32,000 nt of DNA from an uncultured Actinomycetes bacterium (GTDB taxonomy: Bacteria > Actinomycetota > Actinomycetes > S36-B12 > CAIYMF01). Where the stretch lies: positions 1,080,001 to 1,112,000 of the forward strand of contig CAWJMG010000003.1 in NCBI GenBank assembly GCA_963843975.1, read 5' to 3'. Below the pieces are notes generated by a model. That model worked only from the letters and a program-made list of their open reading frames with translations, made no database searches and had not been told where the DNA came from. The number at the start of each line of letters is the position of its first letter. The first letter of the stretch is position 1. This document shows, piece after piece, positions 8,337 through 16,291 of this stretch. Made by a program: the position numbers and the translations under genes.

Positions 8337-9696
8337 TCAGCGCGCCAGCGAGGCGGCACGGGTGCGCCAGTCGGCCGTGAGCGCCGCCAGCCCTCGGCCC
8401 GTGACCTCGCGCAGGGCGCGCTCGAGGTTCTTCGCCGGCGTGCTGTCGCCGGTCGCAGTGAGGCGGTAGACCCGGCGCAGACCCGCCTCGCCCCAACGGT
8501 CGGCAAGGATCTCTGAGGCCAGGTGGCCGCCCGCGTACGCGACGCCGGCGGACTCGCTGTCGAACGTCGCGTCGCCCGGGAGCGTTCGCGGAACACCGCT
8601 GCGTCGCACGACGTCCAGCAGCTCCCGCACCGCGATCGCCAGGGGCACGCCGGACCCGGCGTAGCCGATGTGGTCGGCGAGGCCCTCCTCGAGCCACAGC
8701 GGCACGCCCTGGCTGAAGGTGGCCCGTGAGGCGACGTGAGTGATCTCGTGCCGCAGCAGCACCGAGCGGTAGCGCTCGGGCAGGTCGTCCCACAGCGGGA
8801 GCCGGGTCCAGACCCGGTCGGCCGGTGCCGCAGCGGAGGCCACCGAGCCGACGGAGGTGGTGACCGCGCCGAAGCGGCGCACGTGCCCGACCGTCCACCC
8901 GAGGCCGTCGGCCATCTGCTGGTCGGTGCCCGTGAGCACGACGACCGCGCGACGCTGCCAGTCGTCGCCCCAGAAGCTCGGTGACCCCGAGCACGGCCTC
9001 GTCGACCGTGCGCGCGGTCGCCTTCGCCCGTGCGCCGGCGGCACCGACAGCGATCACAGTGCTGCGCTCGCCGCGGACCACCGTGAGCGGGCCGAGCTCC
9101 CAGGGCGGCAGTGCGTCGTCCAGGGCCTTCTCCGCGACCACGAGCCACCGGCCCGAGGCGAGGCGCATCGTGATCCGCTCACGCACCTCGCTGCCGGAGG
9201 ACTCCCCCTCCACCCGCCAGGTGAGCGTGGCCCGGACGTCGACGAGCCCGGACGCCTCCGGCGCACCCGTGGCCGTGACCACGTACTGCCAGCTCGCCAG
9301 CGGGAGTCGCACGATCCGGGCCGTGGACGGGACCACAGCACCGGCCGCCTGGGTCGCGCGGGCAGCGGCGAGGTCGGCGGTCACGAAGGCGCGGGCGCGC
9401 TCCTGCAGGGTCGCGGCCACCGCGGTCTCCGGCGACGACGTCCCGGTGCGGGCGTCGGCCGATGCGGTCGCCGAGGAGGTCGGTGACGCAGGTCTGCTCG
9501 AGGCCGGTGACGCGGTGGCCCCGGGCTGGTCGCCGGCAGGGCTGCAGGCACCGAGGGCGAGCCCCGCCGCGAGGACGGCCGCGGAGACGACGACGCCGCG
9601 CCCGCTGGTGCGGGCGCGGCGGTCGGGTGCTGCGATGGGCGAGGCGCTGCCTGTCAGACGACGCGGCCGGCGCCGGAGTAGCGCTCGCCGTACCAC
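8337..9696 (-). pseudogene. Lipoprotein with C-terminal peptidase MA_2-like (HExxH..EGLA) domain; apparent +1 nt frameshift near 8976; start codon uncertain
   Basis: The N-terminal part lies in the frame of ORF 8260..10833: signal/lipobox ..RGVVVSAAVLAAGLALGAC, then ..TLTWRVEGESSGSEVRERITMRLASGRWLVVAEKAL..TARTVDEAVLGVTE. The C-terminal part lies in the frame of ORF 8337..9044: FWGDDWQRRAVVVLTG..LLRHEITHV..PLWLEEGLADHIGY. Deleting one base at ~8976 gives ..GVTEFWGDDW... Between the NlpC/P60 stop (9654-9656) and the signal peptide there are only CTG (9657) or ATC candidate starts. The nearest in-frame GTG is 9696, overlapping the upstream gene. Confidence 0.65.
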
Positions 9697-10811
9697 GGGC
9701 TCCAGACGCCGATGAGCTCGACTCCGTCGCGCGGGTTGGAGGCGCTGACCATCATGCCGCCGCCGACGTACATGGCGACGTGGTGGGCGCCGCCGCCGAA
9801 GTAGAACACGAGGTCGCCGGGGCGGAGGTCGCCGCGGCTGACGCGGGAGGTCGCGCCCCACTGGGCCTTGGAGAAGTGCGGGAGGTAGGCGCCGGCCTGA
9901 CCCCACGCGGCCATCGTGAGGCCCGAGCAGTCGAAGGAGTTCGGACCGGCAGCAGCGGCGACGTAGCGCTTGCCGACCTGCGCCAGGGCGTACGCCACGG
10001 CGATGCGGGCGCGGCCCGACACGTCGCTCGGGGTGCTGGGGGTGCTGTTCGTCGAGGAGCCGGAGCCGGACGAGCTGCCACCGGTGTTGCCGCGCGTGGT
10101 GTCGCGGCTGCCGCGGATCGCCGCCTGCGCGCGGGCGGCGGCCCGGGCCGAGGCGTCGCGACGTGCCTGCTGCAGGCGGTTGAGGCGCTGGCGCTCCTCG
10201 GCCTTGAGGCTGCTGAGGATGCGCTGGGCCTCGGCGAGCTTGTCGCTGACCTTGGCCTTGGCGGCCTTGGCCTGCGCCGCGGCGGCGTCGGCCTGGGTCT
10301 GCTGCTGGGTGAGCTGGGCCTCGAGCTGGGCGAGGGCGAGGCGCGCGGCCTGGGTGCGGCGCAGCGAGGTGCCCTGCGAGCGCGCGACCTGGTCGAGTGC
10401 GGCGCTCTGCTCGAGGAACTGCTCGGGGTCGTCGGCGAGGAGGGCCTGCAGGCTCGGCTCCATGCCGCCGGAGGCGTAGGCGGCGCGGGCGATGGCGTCG
10501 ACGCCGGCCGCGGTCTTCTCGTAGGACTTCTTCGCGATCGCGATGCGCGTGGTCAGCTTGGCGATCTTGGCGTCGAGGGAGTTCTGCAGGGTGCGGGCCT
10601 CGTTCCAGGCCTCGGCAGCGTTGGCGGCGTCGGCCTCGAGGGCGTCGATCTCGGCCTGGACCTGCTCGATGGTCTTGGTGGGCTGGGCCGAGGCAGGAGC
10701 GGTCGACAGGGCGAGCCCGCCCACGAGGAGGGCGAGGGCCGCCACGGGGGCGGCGATGCGTGCGGCACGGGTGCCGCGGACGCGAGCAAGCGCAGTGGTG
10801 CTGGTCGCCAC
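9654..10811 (-). CDS. Secreted NlpC/P60 peptidoglycan endopeptidase with N-terminal coiled-coil (RipC/Rv2190c-like)
   Basis: GTG 10811 follows the GGAGAAGGAGG SD. The signal peptide ends ..LALSTAPASA/QP and is followed by a long Ala/Gln/Lys-rich heptad-like region. The C-terminal catalytic core reads GPNSFDCSGLTMAAW..GDLVFYFGGGAHHVAMYVGGG. Its position relative to trpD/ctaE/qcrCAB matches ripC in M. tuberculosis. Confidence 0.9.
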   Translation of the reverse strand: MATSTTALARVRGTRAARIAAPVAALALLVGGLALSTAPASAQPTKTIEQVQAEIDALEADAANAAEAWNEARTLQNSLDAKIAKLTTRIAIAKKSYEKTAAGVDAIARAAYASGGMEPSLQALLADDPEQFLEQSAALDQVARSQGTSLRRTQAARLALAQLEAQLTQQQTQADAAAAQAKAAKAKVSDKLAEAQRILSSLKAEERQRLNRLQQARRDASARAAARAQAAIRGSRDTTRGNTGGSSSGSGSSTNSTPSTPSDVSGRARIAVAYALAQVGKRYVAAAAGPNSFDCSGLTMAAWGQAGAYLPHFSKAQWGATSRVSRGDLRPGDLVFYFGGGAHHVAMYVGGGMMVSASNPRDGVELIGVWSPWYGERYSGAGRVV

Positions 10812-10829
10812 GAAGGCGGCCTCCTTCTC

Positions 10830-10995
10830 CCACGACCGTCTACCGGGTGAGCTGACGGGCTCGGGCTGGAAGATCGCCCTACGACGGCTCGCTCCCGGTC
10901 GCTGCCGGTCGTCTGCCGCCGATTCGCCCCGGGGGAAGTGGGTCCCCGGCTCCGATCAAGGCCCCGGGATCGGGACCCGTCTCGAACTCGACGGG
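10830..10995 (-). promoter_or_regulatory. ydaO/yuaA-type cyclic-di-AMP riboswitch (5' leader of the NlpC/P60 gene)
   Basis: The minus-strand RNA contains, in order: CCCGAUCC, GGAGCCGGGGACCCA (10953-10939), CCGGGGCGAAUC (to 10921), CGUAGGGCGA (~10883-10874) and CCAGCCCGAGCCCGUCAGCUCACCCGGUAGACGG (10869-~10835). These match the conserved blocks of the ydaO motif as I recall them. It ends just before the SD/GTG of a cell-wall hydrolase gene, the classic actinobacterial context. Confidence 0.75.
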
Positions 10996-11124
10996 GTGCT
11001 CGCTGCCGTCGGATGACGGCGGCTCACGAACACCTGCGGCGACACTAACACCCGGGGCGGCCACCTCCCAGCCGCCTTCCCGACACTCGGGCGTGACCGG
11101 ACCGAGATCGATCTGTGATCCGCT

Positions 11125-11358
11125 TCACACCGCACGCGGCGCCGAGGCCGGCCGGTCGCCCGCTGCCGGGTCCGGGCCGCGCGGGACGAGGCGCAGCGGG
11201 GGCACCAGGCCGGAGTCGGCGAGCACGGCCAGGGCCGCGGCCTCCTCCCCCGGCAGCCCGTCGACGGCCAGCCAGTCGGGCGGGCCGAGAAGAAACGTGA
11301 CGACGCAGTCTCCGCACGCGGGACCACGCACGGCACAGGAGTCGCAGTCGACGATCAC
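11125..11358 (-). CDS. Small cysteine-rich hypothetical protein (CxxC...CxxC)
   Basis: This is the C-terminal part of ORF 11125..11559. GTG 11358 has GAGGTG about 7 nt upstream; an alternative GTG lies at 11367. The product is (VST)VIVDCDSCAVRGPACGDCVVTFLLGPPDWLAVDGLPGEEAAALAVLADSGLVPPLRLV.. with high GC3. The upstream part of the ORF looks non-coding. Confidence 0.55.
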   Translation of the reverse strand: MIVDCDSCAVRGPACGDCVVTFLLGPPDWLAVDGLPGEEAAALAVLADSGLVPPLRLVPRGPDPAAGDRPASAPRAV

Positions 11359-11456
11359 GGTGCTCACCTCAGGACGGTCACGGGCCGGAGAGGGGAACTC
11401 CGACCACCTGCCCACGACGGTAGGAACAGGGTCCGACAACGGGTCCGGGCCGGATC

Positions 11457-12623
11457 TCAGCCGAGGTCGGCGGGATCCACCCCGAGCGGGCGCAGCACCT
11501 CGTCGGTGTGCTCGCCCAGCGCCGGTGCACCGAGCACCGCGCCGTCGGCCGGCAGCCACGCCACGGGCCGCGCCGCGACCGCGGTCCGACCGTCGGCGAG
11601 GGCCACGTCCTCGAGGACGCCGCGGTCGCGCAGGTCGGGGTCGGCGAGCGCCTCGGCCGCCGTGCGCACCGGCGTCACGCAGGTCTGGTCGTCCTCGAGC
11701 AGCTCGAGCCAGTCCTCGCGCGGGCGCGTGCCGAACAGCCGGGCGAGCCGGCCGCGTAGAGCGTCCTGGCCGGCGATGTCGTACTGCGCGTCCGCCAGCG
11801 TCGGGTCGCCCACCAGCTCGGCCACACGCGCGAAGAACTTCGGCTCGAGCGCGCCGAGCGCGAGCTCGGCGCCGTCGGCGCAGCGGTAGACGCCGTAGCA
11901 GGCGAGCGCGCCGCTGAGGACGTCCGGCACGGGCGGGGCCTCGCCCGTGGCCAGGACCGAGCCCTGCCCGATCGCCGTCAGCGACAACGCGGAGTCGAGC
12001 ATCGTCACGTCGGCACGGAACGCGGGGGTGTCGGTGGCCGGCGCCTCCTGCGCGTCGGCCACGCGGAGCCCCGCGACCACCGCCAGCGCCGCCTGCAGCC
12101 CGGAGGCCATGTCGGCCATGGGGAACGGCGGCATCGCGGCCGATCCGTCGATGCCGCGCGAGAGGCCGAGGATTCCGGCGTACCCCTCGACGTTGAGGTC
12201 GTGGCCGGGGAGGGCCGCCCGCGAGCCCTCGCCGTACGCCGTCATCGACACGTGGACGAGCGCCGGGTTCGCGGCCGCGAGCGCGGTCGGGCCGAGACCG
12301 AGCCGATCGAGGACGCCCGGGCGGAACGAGTCGATGACGACGTGCGACGCAGCGACCAGGCGCAGCAGCGCGTCGCGCGCGGCCGGCCTCTTCAGGTCGA
12401 GGGCCACCGACCGCTTGCCGCGGCAGAGCGCGAGGAACAGCCCCGACTCCCCCGTCCCGCCGTACGGCGGCGAGACGCGCAGACCGTCACCGCCGCGCGG
12501 GTCCTCGATCTTCACGACGTCCGCGCCCATGCCGAGCAGCAGCGACGTGGCGTAGGCGCCCGGGAGCAGACGGGTGAGGTCGACGACGCGGATGCCCGCG
12601 AGCGGGCGCTCGGCGGTGGTCAT
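11457..12623 (-). CDS. Family III CoA-transferase (CaiB/BaiF family)
   Basis: ATG 12623 is in frame within ORF 11457..12857. The N-terminal signature is MTTAERPLAGIRVVDLTRLLPGAYATSLLLGMGADVVKIEDPRGGD. The length (~388 aa) and internal motif VVIDSFRPGVLDRLGLG fit the family. Confidence 0.85.
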   Translation of the reverse strand: MTTAERPLAGIRVVDLTRLLPGAYATSLLLGMGADVVKIEDPRGGDGLRVSPPYGGTGESGLFLALCRGKRSVALDLKRPAARDALLRLVAASHVVIDSFRPGVLDRLGLGPTALAAANPALVHVSMTAYGEGSRAALPGHDLNVEGYAGILGLSRGIDGSAAMPPFPMADMASGLQAALAVVAGLRVADAQEAPATDTPAFRADVTMLDSALSLTAIGQGSVLATGEAPPVPDVLSGALACYGVYRCADGAELALGALEPKFFARVAELVGDPTLADAQYDIAGQDALRGRLARLFGTRPREDWLELLEDDQTCVTPVRTAAEALADPDLRDRGVLEDVALADGRTAVAARPVAWLPADGAVLGAPALGEHTDEVLRPLGVDPADLG

Positions 12624-12640
12624 GGCGGACTCCGGTGCGC

Positions 12641-12904
12641 TCAGGCGCCGGTCGGGTCGTCGCTCGGGCCGCCGGCCTCGGGCCGCGGCACGAGCTCGAC
12701 GGCGTCGACGGCCCCGCACCAGCGGCAGCTGACCGACTCGACGACCTCGCCGAGGACCTCGGTCTCCTCCACGGTCGGCACGCCGCCGAGGTCGAGGTGC
12801 CAGAACTCGCGGACGCGGCTCGACCGGACGACGTCGAAACGGGTGAGGTTGCCGCACTGGCCGCAGCGCCAGCGGGTGTCGTCGTCGGGCAGGGCGATGG
12901 CCAC
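12641..12904 (-). CDS. Small zinc-ribbon-like hypothetical protein (two CxxC pairs)
   Basis: This 87-aa ORF has GTG 12904 preceded by GAAGGA. The product is ..RWRCGQCGNLTRFDVV..SVSCRWCGAVDAVELV.. with very high GC3. Its stop lies 17 nt upstream of the CoA-transferase start on the same strand. Confidence 0.65.
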   Translation of the reverse strand: MAIALPDDDTRWRCGQCGNLTRFDVVRSSRVREFWHLDLGGVPTVEETEVLGEVVESVSCRWCGAVDAVELVPRPEAGGPSDDPTGA

Positions 12905-13000
12905 GGCGGATCCTTCGGGTCGGTGCTGTGGGGCAGGGCCACGACCCTACGGCGGCGCGCCTCCGGGTCGCCGTCGTACCCCCCGCCTAGCGTCGTCGGC

Positions 13001-14791
13001 ATGAGGTCGACCGGTCGCGTGCCCCGCGCAGCAGGGCCGACCCTGCTGCAGGAGCAGGCCTCGTTCGACGACTTGGGCACGCCCCTGGCCGACGTCACGT
13101 TCGTCGTCGTCGACCTCGAGACCACCGGCGGCTCGCCCGTCGAGGCCGGCATCACCGAGATCGGCGCGGTCAAGGTGCGCGGCGGCGAGGTGATCGGCGA
13201 GTTCCAGACCCTCGTCCACCCCGGGATCCCCGTGCCCGCGTTCATCGCGGTGCTCACCGGCATCACCGACTCCATGCTCGTCGACGCGCCACGGCTCGGC
13301 GTCGCTGTGCCGTCGTTCCTCGACTTCGCCGCCGGCTGCGTCCTCGTGGCGCACAACGCGCCGTACGACGTGGGGTTCCTCAAGGGCGCCTGCGCCAAGC
13401 TGGGCCGGCCGTTCCCGGACCACGTCGTCCTCGACACCGCGCGCCTCGCCCGCGCGGTGCTGCTGAAGGACGAGGTGCCCAACTGCAAGCTCTCCACGCT
13501 GGCGCCGTACTTCCGCTCGACCACGAGCCCCAACCACCGCGCTCTGTCCGACGCGCGCGCCACCGTCGACGTGCTGCACGGGCTCATCGACCGCGTGGGG
13601 TCCCTGGGCGTCCACTCCCTCGAGGAGCTCGCCACCTACACGTCGCGGGTCTCCCCCGCGCAGCGCAAGAAGCGGCACCTCGCCGAGGGCCTGCCCGACT
13701 CCCCCGGCGTCTACGTCTTCCGCGACGACCGCGGGCGGGCGCTGTACGTCGGCAAGTCCGGCCGCGTCCGGTCGCGTGTGCGCACCTACTTCACGGCGTC
13801 GGAGACGCGCACGCGCATGGCGGAGATGGTCGGCGTCGCCTCGCGCGTGGACGCCATCACCACCGCCACCCCGCTCGAGGCCGAGGTGCGCGAGCTGCGC
13901 CTCATCGCCGAGCTCGCCCCGCGCTACAACCGTCGCAGCCGCAACCCCGAGCGCTCGGTGTGGGTCAAGCTCACCGTCGAGCCGTTCCCGCGGCTCTCGG
14001 TGGTGCGCGCGGTGAAGGACGACGTCGCCTCCGGTGCCGCCTACCTCGGGCCGTTCGGCTCGCGCCGCACGGCGCTCGAGGCCGTGGAGGCGCTGCAGGC
14101 CGCGATACCGCTTCGCACGTGCACCTCGCGCATGCCCGTGGGCGGCACGGGGTCCGCGTGCGTCCTCGCCGAGATGGGCCGCTGCCCCGCGCCGTGCACC
14201 CGTGCGGTCGACGTCGAGGGCTACGCCGTCCACGTCGACGCCGCGCGGCACGCGCTCCTCGACGACGTCCGCCACATCGAGGCGGCGCTCTCCCGCCGCC
14301 TGCACGATCTCTCCCTCGACCTGCGCTACGAGGAGGCCGCGCTCTGGCGGGACCGGCTCGAGGCGTTCGCCCGCGGCGCGGCCCGCGCCCAGGAGATCGC
14401 GTCGCTCGCCGCGCTGCCCGAGCTCGTCGCCGCACGGCCCACCGCCGACCGCGGGTGGGAGGTGCACGTCGTGCGCCACGGCCGCCTGGCCGGCGCGGTC
14501 ACGGTGCGGCCCGGCGTCGACCCGCGCCCCGCGGTGCACGCGCTCGTCACGACCTCGGAGCAGGTGGCCGCACCCCTGGGCCCGGTGCCTGCGGCGCTGG
14601 TCGAGGAGACCGTGCGGATCCTGCGCTGGCTCGAGCAGGACGGCGTCCGCCTCGTGCCCGGCCCCGAGCCCGTCTCTTGGTCGCTGCCCGCGCACGGCGC
14701 CGCGGGGCTGCTCTCACGGCTGCACCGAGCGCGCAGCGCGGAGGTCGTGGCCCGGCCGTCGGTCGAGCGCCGCCTCCGACCCGCCGGCTGA
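13001..14791 (+). CDS. DEDDh 3'-5' exonuclease (DNA Pol III epsilon-like) fused to GIY-YIG (UvrC N-terminal-like) nuclease domain; Rv2191-like
   Basis: ATG 13001 is in frame within ORF 12635..14791; the upstream extension overlaps a real minus-strand gene. Exo motifs are FVVVDLETTGG, LVAHNAPYDVGFL and HRALSDARATVDVL. The GIY-YIG part reads PGVYVFRDDRGRALYVGKSGRVRSRVRTYF..REL. Synteny matches M. tuberculosis Rv2191 next to trpD. Confidence 0.85.
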   Translation: MRSTGRVPRAAGPTLLQEQASFDDLGTPLADVTFVVVDLETTGGSPVEAGITEIGAVKVRGGEVIGEFQTLVHPGIPVPAFIAVLTGITDSMLVDAPRLGVAVPSFLDFAAGCVLVAHNAPYDVGFLKGACAKLGRPFPDHVVLDTARLARAVLLKDEVPNCKLSTLAPYFRSTTSPNHRALSDARATVDVLHGLIDRVGSLGVHSLEELATYTSRVSPAQRKKRHLAEGLPDSPGVYVFRDDRGRALYVGKSGRVRSRVRTYFTASETRTRMAEMVGVASRVDAITTATPLEAEVRELRLIAELAPRYNRRSRNPERSVWVKLTVEPFPRLSVVRAVKDDVASGAAYLGPFGSRRTALEAVEALQAAIPLRTCTSRMPVGGTGSACVLAEMGRCPAPCTRAVDVEGYAVHVDAARHALLDDVRHIEAALSRRLHDLSLDLRYEEAALWRDRLEAFARGAARAQEIASLAALPELVAARPTADRGWEVHVVRHGRLAGAVTVRPGVDPRPAVHALVTTSEQVAAPLGPVPAALVEETVRILRWLEQDGVRLVPGPEPVSWSLPAHGAAGLLSRLHRARSAEVVARPSVERRLRPAG

Positions 14792-14831
14792 CCCGCTGAC
14801 TCGCACCGCGACGCGGGCCTAGGCTGGCGCC

Positions 14832-15110
14832 ATGGTCACCGCGATCGTCTTCATCCGCACCGACGTCGACGCCGTCAACAGCGTCGCCGAGTCCGTCGCC
14901 GCGCTCGACGGAGTCGCCGAGGTCTACTCGGTCACCGGCGACCTCGACCTCGTGGCGATGGTGCGCGTCCGCGCCCTCGACGACGTCAGCCACGTGGTCA
15001 CCGACGGCATCGGCGGGGTCGCCGGGATCCTGGCGACGGAGACGCACATCGCGTTCCGCACCTACAGCAAGCACGACCTCGAGAGCGCGTTCGCCATCGG
15101 CCTCGACTGA
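14832..15110 (+). CDS. Lrp/AsnC ligand-binding (RAM) domain-only protein
   Basis: This 92-aa ORF reads MVTAIVFIRTDVDAVNSVAESVAALDGVAEVYSVTGDLDLVAMVRV..DVSHVVTDGIGGVAGILATETHIAF, the typical AsnC_trans_reg fold pattern without an HTH. Confidence 0.8.
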   Translation: MVTAIVFIRTDVDAVNSVAESVAALDGVAEVYSVTGDLDLVAMVRVRALDDVSHVVTDGIGGVAGILATETHIAFRTYSKHDLESAFAIGLD

Positions 15111-15126
15111 GGCAGCGGCACGCGGC

Positions 15127-16242
15127 TCAACGGGTGGCCAGGCTCGAGGAGACCTCGATCCAGCGGGTGAGCAGCGCACCGGCAGCGCCGGAGTCGACGG
15201 CCTCGGTCGCCCGGGGCAGCGCGGCTGAGAGCCTGTCGCCCACCGAGACCGACGACGGCGGCTGACCCACGGCGTCGTGCGCCACGAGCGCGGCTGCGGC
15301 ACCCAGCAGAACGGCGTCACGCACCGGGTCGAGGGCAGAGGACCGCTCCCCCGCGAGCATCGCCCGGGCGACGTCCGCGTTGAAGGCGGCGTCCGCCCCG
15401 CGCAGCGCGTCGATGCCTGCACGGGCGATGCCGAGGTCTGCGGCGTCGATGACCGACTCCACCACGGCAGCACCGGTCGCGTCCCACACTCGCGTGGGCG
15501 CGGACGTCGACAGCTCGTCGAGCCCGTCCTCGCCGCGTACGACGAGCGCGCGGGTGCCGCGGTCGAGCAGCGCCTGAGCCATCACCGGTGCCAGCCGCAG
15601 GTCGGCGCACCCGACGACCTGGGCCGCCGGACGGGCCGGGTTGGCGAGCGGACCGAGCACGTTGAACACCGTCGGCACGCCGAGCTCGCGGCGGGCCACG
15701 GCCGCGTGCCGCATCCCCGGGTGGAACACCGGGGCGAAGAAGAAGGTGACGCCGGTGCGCTCGAGCACCTCGGCGACACCGGCCGGCGGCAGGTCGACGG
15801 CGACGCCGAGCGCCTCGAGCACGTCGGCCGACCCGGCCGCCGAGCTCGCCGCGCGGTTGCCGTGCTTGGCCACCGGCGCACCGGCGGCTGCGACGACCAC
15901 CGCGGCCATCGTCGAGATGTTGACGGTGTGCGAGCGGTCGCCGCCCGTGCCGCACGTGTCGACGGTGGCCCCGATCGACGGCGCGAGGTCGACCGCGGCG
16001 GCGTGCGCGAGCATCGCGCTGACGAGACCCGACACCTCCGCGGCGCTCTCGCCCTTGGCCCGCAGCGCGACGAGGAAGCCCGCGAGCTGCACCGGAGTGG
16101 CGTCGCCCGCCATGACACCGCCCATCGCCCACTCGGCGTCGGCAGCGGTGAGGTCCTCGCGGCGCAGCAGCGCGCTGATGAGGTCTGCCCACGAGCGGGA
16201 GCCGGGGTCGGGAGCGGCCGGGGACGCGGGTGCCGAGGTCAC
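15127..16242 (-). CDS. trpD: Anthranilate phosphoribosyltransferase
   Basis: Motifs are VDTCGTGGDRSHTVNISTMAAVVVAAAG, AKHGNRAASSAAGSADVLEALG and FFFAPVFHPGMRHAAVARRELG. The length is 371 aa and the start is GTG 16242. Confidence 0.93.
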   Translation of the reverse strand: MTSAPASPAAPDPGSRSWADLISALLRREDLTAADAEWAMGGVMAGDATPVQLAGFLVALRAKGESAAEVSGLVSAMLAHAAAVDLAPSIGATVDTCGTGGDRSHTVNISTMAAVVVAAAGAPVAKHGNRAASSAAGSADVLEALGVAVDLPPAGVAEVLERTGVTFFFAPVFHPGMRHAAVARRELGVPTVFNVLGPLANPARPAAQVVGCADLRLAPVMAQALLDRGTRALVVRGEDGLDELSTSAPTRVWDATGAAVVESVIDAADLGIARAGIDALRGADAAFNADVARAMLAGERSSALDPVRDAVLLGAAAALVAHDAVGQPPSSVSVGDRLSAALPRATEAVDSGAAGALLTRWIEVSSSLATR

Positions 16243-16291
16243 ATACGCACCCTAGCCGCGGCGCAGGGAGAGGAGCGGAGAGGTTCCCGCG

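Noticed and set aside
8260-10833. 857-aa ORF spanning the M48 start, the lipoprotein and the whole NlpC/P60 gene
   Set aside because: Only the middle section (about 8977-9696) is real coding sequence, namely the lipoprotein N-terminal half. The rest is out of frame relative to NlpC/P60 and reads as Arg/Pro-rich junk.
12635-13000. Upstream extension (GTG 12635) of the exonuclease/GIY-YIG ORF
   Set aside because: It overlaps the well-supported minus-strand zinc-ribbon gene (12641..12904) and translates to low-complexity sequence. ATG 13001 precedes the first conserved exonuclease motif at a sensible distance.
16243-16291. Possible trp leader peptide or attenuator upstream of trpD
   Set aside because: Only 49 nt separate trpD from the upstream gene's stop. 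There is no small ORF with Trp codons and no alternative hairpins. trpD here is isolated from the other trp genes.
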